A stretch of DNA of 64,000 nucleotides, from assembly GCA_025594325.1 (NCBI GenBank), contig JANHCV010000004.1, positions 1,984,001 to 2,048,000 of the forward strand, in the 5' to 3' direction. Position 1 is the first letter of the stretch, and every line of letters begins with the position of its first letter. Made by a program: the position numbers and the translations under genes. Source of the DNA: Blastocladiella emersonii ATCC 22665 (Eukaryota; Fungi; Blastocladiomycota). Of this stretch, positions 33,326-43,813 are shown in pieces. The notes beneath the pieces were generated by a model. That model was not told the origin of the DNA, did not search any database, and worked only from the letters and a program-made list of their open reading frames with translations.

Positions 33326-35348
33326 AAGTTGAACCTGAACAAGGAGCAGCACCGCGCGTTCGTTCTCTTCCTCATGCCGCTCATCGCCACGTTCATCGGC
33401 GGCGACAGCGGTATCGCCGAGGCCGCCGCGTCATCGGATCCAGGCGCGCTCGCGTCGGGCCGCGGCCGGCCAAACGCACCAGCTCTCGCCTCGCTTCCGC
33501 CCATGAGCAAGAATCGCTCGCCGATCATTCTCATCGGCTCGGGCGGCACGGGCAAGTCGCGCGTCATTGACGCGATCCGGTACTTTTTCGCGTCCTGGAA
33601 CCGCGAAAAGTGCATGATGGTCATGGCCATGACGGGCATCGCGGCCGCCAACATTGGCGGTACCACCATCCACGCCGCGTTCCAGCCCTCGCTCAAGGGG
33701 GAGAGTCTCAGCCCCGACATCAAGCGCATCCGCACCGACTCTGCTGTCGCCAGCGCGTGGCAAGGACGTCACGCCGTGATCATCGACGAGTTCTCCTTCG
33801 CGACCTGCGTCGGTGCGACGAGCCGTTTGGCGGCTGCATCGTCATGCTCGCCGGCGACCATTTGCAGCTTCCACCAGTGAACGGCACGGCGCTGTTCCAG
33901 CTACCCGAGGTGCTCGACGATGCGCCAGACTCGTTCTTCGAGCGGCTGCTCGCGCACGACACCACGGGCGCAAAAAAAAAAGGCACTCGGGCCAGCTCGC
34001 GTACTGGCGCGCGCGACGTGTCGTTCGACTCGTGCGCAGCAACCGGTTCGTCAACGACCCATCATGGGGCAGGTGTCTCGACGCGTTCCGCCTCGACAAG
34101 GCCCCCGACGAGCTGCGCCGCCTGCTCGACTCGCGCACGACCGCTCGCCTGCGCCAGCTGAGCGACGACCAGGGCAACAACGAGCTCGAGAAGATCCTCC
34201 AGACGCGCGGGCTCACAGTCATTGCGCCCGACAACTACACGCGTCACACCTTCAACCTGCTGTACACGCGGCTCGCCGCTGCGGACCCAGAACGCGTCGT
34301 GTTTCAGATCAAGGCCAGCATCACGCGCAAGAAGGAGCGAAACGGCGCAACCGTCCGCCTCCCGATTGGCGAAAGGGACCCGTTCCGTCTCGCCGAGGAG
34401 CCCGACTCGATCGCTCGTTTGCCAACCATCCTCGAGGTCTTTGTCGGCATGGAAGTGCGCGTCAAAGTCAACCAGTGCGTCGAGAAGGGGTGCGCGAATG
34501 GCGCTATCGGCGTCGTGCACCACATCGACTGATTTCCGGGCACGACGTTTACCGAGATCGGCTCGCGCATGTACCGCCCATCGCGGGAGCCACATACTGT
34601 GTGGATCGACCTGCCCGACGCGCCGCCTGGCCCTCGGTTTCCTGGCATGCCGGCCGATTGGCCAGACACGGTCATCCCGCTCGCCATGCACTCGGACGAC
34701 TTTCTCTACAAGGAGGGCGGTATGACGTCGCGCGAGCGAACCGAACTCAAGAAACCCGAGTCCAGCTCACTGTGCGCCAAGATGGTCAAGAACTTTGATA
34801 CTCACGAGCAGTACAAGGACCACAAAAAGGTCAAGATCAAGCAGTTCCCAATTGTGCCCGCCTTTGCAATGACGGTGCATGGGGTCCAAGGCGTGACCAA
34901 GAACGCCATCATCTTGACGGATCCGTGCCCAGCTGGCTCGTCTGGATCGATCAACGGGCCGTCGCTGTATGTTGCGCTCTCGCGGCTCCGCGAGAGCGCG
35001 TTTCTGTGGGTTCTCCAACCGATCCCGGACAGCGTGTACGACGCCATGGTCCCTGATCCGCGGGCCGTGGCCGAAGACTTGCGGCTCCAGGCGCTAGACG
35101 TGTTGACTGAGGGCGCGTTCGCTCACGGACAAACCGTTGCGCAAAACCACCCCCGAGTCGCGGAGCTCTTTTGCCACGCGATGCAAGAGCACCGCCAGAT
35201 CAAGAGCGACAAGGAGGCGAAGCAGAAGGCGCGCGACCAAGAGTACTCAAGGCGGTATCGCGAGCGTAAGCGCGAGCGTAAGCGCGAGCAGAAGCGCGCT
35301 CCAGACTTGCATGAGCAGCGGCGGAGCAAGAGGCTTCGCGAGAGTTAG
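32767..35348 (+). pseudogene. Degenerate Pif1-family (SF1B) helicase, probably Helitron-derived
   Basis: GSGGTGKS (Walker A), MAMTGIAAANIGGTTIH, IIDE, FGGCIVMLAGDHLQLPPV, AFAMTVHGVQGVT, LYVALSR. Broken by TGA at 33260-33262, a deletion/frameshift near 33800 and a frameshift at the A10 run 33972-33981. Confidence 0.85.
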
Positions 35349-35556
35349 TGTAAGATTGCATTTGTATAGTGTTATAAAGTATACTTAGCTGCTTTCAATT
35401 ATTTTGGTGTGTGATGGGAACAGAGATGCGACTCCATAATGACGCGCGACTGTCAGCGGTACAAAACCTCCCGCGTATGCCGTGCTCCAACGTGGCGGAG
35501 GGCTTTAGCCCTCGATTGAAGACCAGACGCGAAGCGTCTAGGTGGTTCAAGTAAAA

Positions 35557-35607
35557 TTGAGCACCATGCGCCGCGTGATGGGTGCCATGTCGCCGCGCAC
35601 CAGGCCG
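35557..35607 (-). repeat. 51-bp PFK fragment whose first 42 bp directly repeat 32352-32393
   Basis: TTGAGCACCATGCGCCGCGTGATGGGTGCCATGTCGCCGCGC occurs at both sites with the same two variant bases. This copy continues ACCAGGCCG, matching PFK. Confidence 0.85.
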
Positions 35608-35624
35608 GGCGCTGAACTTGGGCG

Positions 35625-35945
35625 TGCTGAAGGTAGCAGGAACGTCATGGTGGATCCGTTTTGTCCACTCTCACATCATAGCAGGTTATGAGCCCTGGCG
35701 GAGTTCGATCCTCTGCGCTAAACAATTTATAGTTCGGGGGAGCGGGACTACAGCATGACTCTGGCACTCACCATCGTGAAAAAGGCTTACGACACTAAAT
35801 GGAGATAAATGCGGAAGGAAAATGCCCGCCCCAAGAGACCAGAAGCCTGATGGACCAGCGAGCTGTGATGCTCGAGTGCGGGGGAGTGCTGTAGGTAGCA
35901 GGAACGTCATGGCGGATCCGTTTTGTCCACTCTCACATCATAGCA
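35625..35945 (+). mobile_element. Miniature LTR retroelement (TRIM-like), copia/hemivirus-type priming
   Basis: 59-bp LTRs TGCT...AGCA at 35625-35683 and 35887-35945 (2 mismatches). PBS GGTTATGAGCCCT at 35684-35696. PPT GGGGGAG at 35880-35886. 5-bp TSD GGGCG at 35620-35624 and 35946-35950. Confidence 0.9.
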
Positions 35946-36008
35946 GGGCGCGTCGCGCGACGCGCGACGCGCCACACGGGTGACCCGGCCCGTGACTTTC
36001 ACGATTCT

Positions 36009-36113
36009 GTCTCACGTCTCACGTCTCACGTCTCACGTCTCACGTCTCACGTCTCACGTCTCACGTCTCACGTCTCACGTCTCACGTCTCACGTCTCACG
36101 TCTCACGTCTCAC
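36009..36113. repeat. Perfect heptanucleotide tandem repeat (GTCTCAC)15
   Basis: Counted directly from the sequence. Confidence 0.95.
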
Positions 36114-36512
36114 GCCCCATCAGGTGTCCCTCGGTTGTCGACGCCTAAGTTGGCCTCGCCATCCACATCTCCAAGGTCTGCGGTCGGGGTTGTTGCTGGC
36201 GCGCATCACGCGCCGCCTCATCAACACAGACGCCGGCGTGACGCACCTGGTTTTGGCGCCTCCGCCCATGCGCCTTGCTTCCAAGCGAGCTCCTCAACAG
36301 GCACGGCGGCACAGAGCGGGCATTGCGGTTCCTGGCTCGAGCGCACGTTGTCGTAATGGCGTCCCTGATTGGGGGTTCGCCACTCAGTTTCGAGTGCGCG
36401 CCCGTCCACGCGTCGCCGACGCCACTTCGTCCGCGCCGCCTACAAAGTGCGCCGACGCCCCCGCTGCTCTGGCACACTGGCACAACTCGCACATTGCAAC
36501 GCATCACCAACC

Positions 36513-37736
36513 ATGACCAAAGTCAAGAACTTCATGAAGCAGAAGGCGTCCAAGGCTAAGGCCAAGCTGATGCGCGGCGGCGAGGAGGCGCGCGACTACG
36601 AGCCCGAGCCCATCATGTCCGACTGCTCGGGCCGCAAGAAGGCGCTGTTCGTCGGCATCAACTACGAGGGCTCGTCGGCCCCCCTCAGTGGGTGTCGCAA
36701 CGACGTATTGAACATTTCCTCGTTCCTGTTCGAAAACTACGGTTTCTCGGAGCGCAACTCCAAGATCCTGCTCGACGGCGAGGAGTCGCCCGAGAACCTG
36801 CAGCCGACCAAGGCCAACATCATCAAGGGCCTCAAGTGGCTCGTCAAGGGCGCGCGCCCCAACGACTCGCTCTTCTTCCACTACTCGGGCCACGGCGGCA
36901 GCGTCGCGGACGAGTCGGGCGACGAGGTTGACGGCATGGACGAGGTACGTCCACCCCCTTGCGCTGCTCCGTTGCTTCGGGCAGCTTCCAACCTTCGCAT
37001 TGCTCGGATAGTGCCTCTGCCCTGTTGACTACGAGGAGAATGGCGTGATCCTCGACGACGACGTGCACGACCTGCTCATCAAGCCGCTCCCCGCTGGTGT
37101 CCGCCTTACGTACGCGTTTCCCTCGGTCGAACTCGACTCGTTGCGGCGTGAAGCGGTCATGCTAACCTCACTGGACACCCCGCCTCCCACCTCCCGCCCT
37201 CCTCAACCCATCGAAACACTAGCTGCATTTTCGATGCTTGTCACTCGGCCACCCTCGTCGACGTTCCTTATATCTACAACGTTACCGGCGGCCGCGAGGT
37301 GACCATGTCGACCGACAACGTCAAGGACGGCATCGCGTTCCTCAAGAAGTCGCAGGCCGAGCTCGCCGCCGGCCGCACCAACCAGGCCATCGACGCGGTG
37401 CGCCAGGGGCTCAAGATGCTCATCAAGCCGCCGCCCCCGCCCTCGGACGCGCAGGAGGCGTTGGCGCTGTCCGAGCGCGAGAAGGTGGCCCGCGCCGACG
37501 TGATTGTCTTCTCGGGCTGCCGCGACGACCAGACGTCGGCTGACGCCTACATCGACGAGGTCGGCAACACGGGCGCGCTCTCGCACGCTTTCGTCAAGAC
37601 GCTCACCGAGTACCCCGAGTCGACCTACACCGAGCTTCTCTCGCGCATGCGCGAGACGCTCGAGGAGGACTACACCCAGGTCCCGCAGATGTCGTCAGGC
37701 CGCTTCCTCGACATGAACACGCCCTTCACCGTGTAA
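36513..37736 (+). CDS. MCA1: Metacaspase (type I-like, short N-terminus), multi-exon
   Basis: RKKALFVGINY, LSGCRND, LFFHYSGHGG (catalytic His), an exon encoding FDACHSATL (catalytic Cys), FSGCRDDQTSADA, QVPQMSS. Confidence 0.9.
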
Positions 37737-37860
37737 GTCGATGCTCGGGGCCCAGTTTTGCTCGCTGTGATTGCGAACGATGTGCACATAAACATACAAG
37801 TCATTCCGATTCTTTGAACAACATCAAACGGTCTCTTTCCCTCTCTCTCTCTCACTCGAG

Positions 37861-39903
37861 TTAGCTGATCACCTCGCGGATGCGCTTCTGGCTGCGGTAC
37901 AGCGTGATGATCTCGTGGAGGACGAGGTTTGCGTCGGCGAGCGCGGTCTTGAGCGACTCGAGCGGGACGACCTCGCCCGCGTTGGGCCCGAGGCACGCCT
38001 TCAGCACGGCGAGGCGGTTCTGGGAGCGCAGCTTGTTGACGACGGCGTCGGCGCTGGCCACGGGGTACTGGGCCGGGTTGGCCTCCATGAAGTTGTACAC
38101 GTACTCGTCGGCGTCGAGCAGGCGGAACGTGTGGGCGTTGATCTGGACCGTGCCGCCGACGTAGAAGTCGCGCGCCGAGTAGTGCTTGGGGCTCTGCTTG
38201 GTCGCGCCGGGTACCAGCACCTTGCACTTCTCGAGGAACTTGCCGCCCAGCGTCCCGTTGTTGCGCTGCGGCGGCTCGTAGATGCTCACCATCTCGTCGG
38301 GCAGGTACACGCTGATCACGAACTTGCGCGTCCGGTCCTCGCGGTGCCGGCTCTCCATGACCGCCACGAACCGCAGCACACGGTTCTCCTGCAGACGGTT
38401 GAACTCCTTCTTGGGCGGCTGCAGCACGAGGTGCAGGCACGACTGGAGCGAGTCCTCCTCGGAGCCGAAGCCGTTGTACGGCGGGTACGACTGGACACGA
38501 CGGGGAGTCAGGATGTGAGAGTCGTGATCGCGACACGAGGACAGCAGAGAATCACGTACCCGCTTCATCTCGGGCGGCGGCGGGGTGCGAATGTCGAGCG
38601 GCTGCATCTCGACGCTCAGGTTGTCCTTGTAGAAGCGGCGCGTGAACTCGTCGCAGTCGCGGCTACAGATCATGGCAGGTGAGCGGATGGCCATGGTCGG
38701 CGGTCGGTGGCCACGGTCAGTCACGCGTACATGATGAACTGGCGGTTGAGCACGTTGATGGCGATCCCGGTGCGCAGGTCGCGCCATCCGTAGTAGCTGC
38801 CCTCGGACAGGTCGTTGAGGTCGTGGAACTCCTTGGGCAGCGGCTGTCGCTTGAGCAGGAGCGGGCACGGGTCGCGGCCGTCGTTGGGCTGGTGCACCTC
38901 GCGCACCTCGACGCAGTCGTCGACCAGGTAGTAGTGCATGACGAACTCGCGCAGCTCGCGCTCGTCCTCCCACACGCAGTAGAAGCGCAGCACGTGGCGG
39001 TCGTGGTGCAGGAACTTCCACAGCTTGTCGACGCGCGCCGTCGTCGGCCGCGACGCCGCGGGACGCACGCGCGACGACAGGTACTGGTCGACGGGCATCT
39101 CCTCGGGCGCGCGCAGAGTCATGTGGAGCTTCTCCTGCATGTAGTTCTACACGCCGCACACATGTCAGTCTCGCGGCGCGCACACAAGCACGAAATCCAC
39201 GTACTTTGGTGAACTCGTCGCAGTCCGTGATGTGGAACGTCTTCCCGTAGAAGGTGAGGTTGGTGCCGATGTTAAAGTCGTGGACCGAGTAAAAGTCGGT
39301 GCTGGTCTTGGGCAGGCGCTGGCGCTTGATGAGCACACCCTGCAGGATGCCCGAGTTGGGCTGCGGCGGCTCGGTGACGGCGATCGAGTCGTCCTCGAGG
39401 TAGTAGAGGATCATGACCTGGCGCAGCAGGTACTGCTCGGTCGAGTCGTGCATGGTCTGCTTGAAGTAGGCGCGGAACCGCAGCACCACCTTGTCGTAGA
39501 TGACGAACGACGGGATGAAGGCAGGCTCCTTGGTCGGGCGCCCGAGGTTCAACTTGCCGCCGTACGTCAGGTCGACGTTGCGCTGCGTCGCGTCGTCGAT
39601 GAGCGCGTTCAGCTCCTCCTCGGTCTCGGGGAACCCGCCGTGCCGGCCCAGCATCTCGCGCGGCACCGTGTACCCGTTGCGGTAGTTGAGCAGGTGCGAC
39701 TTGCGGTAGTCGTGTTTCTACACGTTTACACGTTCGGCATCGCGCGGGTCAGCGATGGCCGTGCACGCGATGCAGAATGGCCCGTGCATCCGTACGTAGA
39801 CGTCGTTGAACGTGTTGCCAGGCAGGAACGGCACATCGGCGACCGAGCCGGGCGGCAACGGGCCCTCGGGCGCGCGGTACGGAAACACGGCCTGCTCGGG
39901 CAT
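37861..39903 (-). CDS. EFHC1: EFHC1/Rib72 axonemal protein with DM10 domains (multi-exon)
   Basis: LPFLPGNTF N-terminus, YDKVVLRFRAYFKQ, YYLEDDSIAVTEP, VLRFYCVW, PPYNGFGSEEDSLQSC, NGTLGGKFLEK. Confidence 0.92.
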
Positions 39904-40443
39904 GGTGGCGATGGTGGTGGGTAACTCGGTGGTTTCGTCTAGCTTGATCCGTAGCGGTTGCAGCGAGTGGAGGGTGGTGTCCGTCTAGTCTATACAGGCT
40001 CTATAATGGAGCGAGCGTGGGCCTGATCCGAGACAAAATGATGAGTCGCACCACGCGGCCCGACTGCACGTCACGAAAACGCGTCTCCAATCCGTCATGT
40101 GACCGACGCGTCGCTCGAAAGTGTCTCGCAGCGCGCACGCGGCATGATGTCACGCCCACTTCGCTTCAGGACCAGCAATTTGGAGCTTGTATCGACGCAA
40201 TACTGTGCGTAATACACTAGACTCATAGTCCACGAGACAGAAACTGTTGAGAGATGAAGCCGGGCTCACGTGAGGGCGCGGAGATGGAGTTCGCGGCCAA
40301 AAGTCGGCCCGGCCGTCTCGCGGCGAGTTGCCAGCGCGCGACGAACCCCGCCGACCCGCCCCGCCCCTTTCCCTTGCCCCTCCTCTCTCTCTTCCCAGGA
40401 GATCAGAGCCCTGCATACTGCAACGTATCGACTTCTTGAAACC

Positions 40444-41561
40444 ATGACCACGTCCAAGTCGCAGGAGGCCGCCGCCGGGTCGTCGAACCAGGCCGTCAAG
40501 GAGATTCTCGCCGGCAGCTTCGGCGGTGTCTGCCAAGTTCTCTCGGGCCAGGTTCGTTCATGACCATGCTGCGAGTGAGTCCGAGATGTTGAGTGCTGAT
40601 CTCGTCCCTCGTTACCCGTGTCGTGTAGCCGTTCGACACGATCAAAGTGGTACGCCGTCGCCGTTGAGCTGCGAGCCGCCCCGCAGTCCCCCTGACCGGT
40701 ACCGTTCCCGTAGCGCCTGCAAACCCAGCCCACGCCGCCCATCTACTCTGGCGTGGTGGACTGCGTCAAGAAGACGGTGCAGGCTGACGGTGCGCTGGGC
40801 CTGTACAAGGGCACCGTGACCCCGCTGCTGGGCATCGGCGCGTGCGTGTCGATCCAGTTTGCCGTGCTCGAGAACATGAAGCGGCGGTTCGCCGCGTCCA
40901 ACGGCGGGTCGACGGACCTCTCGCTCGCGCAGCTGTACATGGCGGGCGCCGTGTCGGGCGTCGCCAACAGTGCCGTGTCGGGCCCGGTCGAGCACATCCG
41001 CACGCGGCTGCAGGTGCAGACGGGCTCCAACGTGCAGTTCAAGGGCCCGCTCGACTGCGTGCGCCAAATCTACCGCGGCCACGGGCTCGCCGGCGTGTTC
41101 AAGGGCCAGGGCGTCACAGTCGCGCGCGAGTTCCAGGGGTACGGCGCCTACTTCCTGACGTACGAGTGGCTCGTGCAGCGCGCGTGCCGCGCCGAGGGCA
41201 AGTCGCGCCAGGAGCTGCCCAAGTGGAAGATCGTCTCGTACGGTGCCGTCGCCGGGTACTCGCTGTGGGTCTCCGTGTTCCCCGTCGACGTGATCAAGTC
41301 CAAGCTCCAGACCGACGCCCTCGACAAGGCCAACCGCAAGTACTCGTCGGCGCTCGACTGCTTCCAGAAGACGCTCCGCGCCGAGGGCGTACGCGGCCTG
41401 TACCGCGGCTTCGTGCCCTGCATGCTCCGTGCCGCGCCCGTGAACGGCATCACCTTCCTCGGGTACGCGTCGAATCGGCTGGCGGATGAAGGAGCGCGTG
41501 CTAACTCGGGTTCGCGTCGTGTAGGTTCGAGGCCGCCATGAACGTCCTGGGCCGCGACTAG
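40444..41561 (+). CDS. Mitochondrial carrier (SLC25; YMC1 or carnitine-carrier-like), multi-exon
   Basis: Three carrier signature repeats: PFDTIKV|RLQ, PVEHIRTRLQ, PVDVIKSKLQ. Also GLYRGFVPCMLRAAP. Confidence 0.9.
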
Positions 41562-42066
41562 ATGTCGACCTCGCGACGGTTACAACTTCTACTACCCTAC
41601 CCTACGTTGCTCACGCAAATACATAGATCAGCTTCGCATCCACTCGCGAGTCCCCGACGCGCATGTGCTTCAGCAGCTTGGCGTGACGAGCCCGCGGCGC
41701 TCATGGGCTATGGCGCGAGTACTGTGTGGCGCGGTGCTGCTGTCGTCGCACTCGCTGCCGTCGCAATCGCTGCCGTCGCAATCACTGCCGTCGCACTTGC
41801 CGCCGTCGCCCGCCATGGTCGCCATGGCGAGGGGGTGGCGACTCGAGCGGCTTGGCCGAGTAAAACGCGACTGTGAGTCTCAGTTTCCCACCTGCTCCCT
41901 CGCGCGCTTCCTTCATCTCCGCGGTGGGCAACGCCGCCAGCACACGCAAACCAATCTCATACGTTCGGACCTCCCGCAGCACCCAGCAACTTCTCCATGT
42001 ACGCCACGACGCCCATCGCCACGCGTCGGACCCACCGCTTCACGCTTCTCCTCGCCGTGTAGCAAG

Positions 42067-42722
42067 ATGGACCCGTTTCCCACCGCGGATCAGGGCGGCC
42101 TCCAACCGCTCACCGCGTCGGCTCGGATCCGCGGCCTGGACGCGCGCATGTCGCGCTGCGTGTCGCGGCTCATGGCTCCGACATACGCGGCCCACTCAGT
42201 GGACGAAGCAGTGCCGGTGGTCGCTCATCCGGAGCCGGTACCCGAGTTCGCGGTCACGGCCGAGTACGCGGCACCGCCGACCTGGCCGATCGTCGAGCTC
42301 GCGTCGTGCCCGCACCCGCGCGTCACCGTCGAGGTACTGGTCTATCCTCGCCTCCTCTCGCACGCCGCTCACTAACCCTCCTCTCACACCGCATCTAGGC
42401 CGTCGTCAGCAAGTTCGGCACAATCATCACGTCGAACCTGCGCGTCCACGGCACCGTCCACGCCGTGGTCCAGTTGCTCCCGCCAGGCACACACCCGGCC
42501 GACAAGTCGGTCCCGCGCACGGCCGTGTCGATCGAGGAGCGCGAGCTCGGCAAGTTCGGGTTCTGTGGCCCCAAGTTCCTCGCGACGCGCAGCGCCGACA
42601 TGGTCCGGTCGCTGTCCACGGCGCTCGTGCGGCTCTCGCGGCGGCCGCTGATCCTCGAGCGTATCGAGGGCGAAACGACGCCTGGGCCTAAGTCGCCCGC
42701 GTGGAGGGTGGTGATGGAGTGA
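42067..42722 (+). CDS. Hypothetical protein (two exons)
   Basis: A GT-AG intron at about 42332-42398 joins VTVE|AVVSKFGTIITSNLRVHG in frame. No recognised domain. Confidence 0.45.
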
Positions 42723-43813
42723 GTGAGTGAAATCGTGACTCGTTTTTGGACACTGATGCGGTGGAGTGCATGGAAGGTGCGAGAACGCGTCAGAGAATGA
42801 ACGACGCGTACGTGTTGGTCCTCGAGTGGCTCAGCCTCCGTGTCGAAGTGCGCCGACGCGTTCACGCGCTTGCACAGCTTCCAGACCCTCCGAATCTGGG
42901 GCGCGGACCGTGGATTCTGAGCTGCGCTCAACCGCACCCACGTCACTGCCGAGCAAACGGGCGGGGAGGCGCTCCGCGCGGCCACGCGGCGCTGAGCAAG
43001 GAATCTGCTCAGTTTCGGCGGCCTTCTTCGAGGCGCGGAGTCTTCTTCGACTCAACGCGACTGGCCTCACTTTCCGCAACGAGCACGGCTGATGACATGT
43101 ATAAGAGCTCGCCGCGCCCTCCCGCTCGCTGCCCCGAGACTCGACATCTGTGTCCGACGTTGAGGCTCAATCTGCGCCACCATCACACACACCATGTAAG
43201 CCTCACTGCTGCAGCAACCTGGGCAGCGCACTTCAAGACTTACCACTTGCGCCGCAGCACCATGAGTTTCGGCGACCTCCTGCTTGCTCCGAGCGGGGAG
43301 GAGAAGACCAGGTAAGTCCGCGGAAAGTAGACTGCTGGATCGGACGTTGGCAAGTGGCAGAGCGTACTGTGGGCTGCTACTACAGCCCAAAACGTTCGGT
43401 TCCGGCAAATTCGAGAACAACGTGAAGAATGTTTGCGAGCACGTCTTGCGGAAGGTCCAGCAGTTGAATCGGCTGCTCGACGGTCCGTGAAGGCGGCACC
43501 GAACGCGGTCGCAGCAAGGCCTCGTCATCAGTCTTCAGGAGCACGTTGCAGGGGGTCGTTTGTGTCCGTCGCCATTATCGAGTCCATTTGCATGACATGC
43601 TCGCGGTGAGAGCAGCGTGATCAGCGCCGAACGCGTTTTCTCGGCAGGCTGACTCACGCCGTGGCGCAACGCGTGTGCGACGCGCACTTCATTTCCAGAA
43701 AGGCGAAACAGGAACCCGGTAAATAAACATGTGCACATGCAGCAAAAGGGAACAAAAACGGGTGATGATACAAGATACAACTCCTAAGACTACAACTGGA
43801 CATCTCGTCTCGC

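Noticed and set aside
35684-35725. tRNA-Met gene
   Set aside because: The anticodon-arm match is antisense and only about 13-17 nt, and no full cloverleaf can be built. It is better explained as a retroelement primer-binding site.
36009-36113. Possible CRISPR array
   Set aside because: Head-to-tail 7-mers with no spacers, in a eukaryotic context with no cas genes.
43196-43330. Two 19-nt GTAAG...AG mini-introns in a small gene at about 42750-43490
   Set aside because: Far shorter than every supported intron in the window (about 55 nt or more), and no coherent protein results. Needs RNA evidence.
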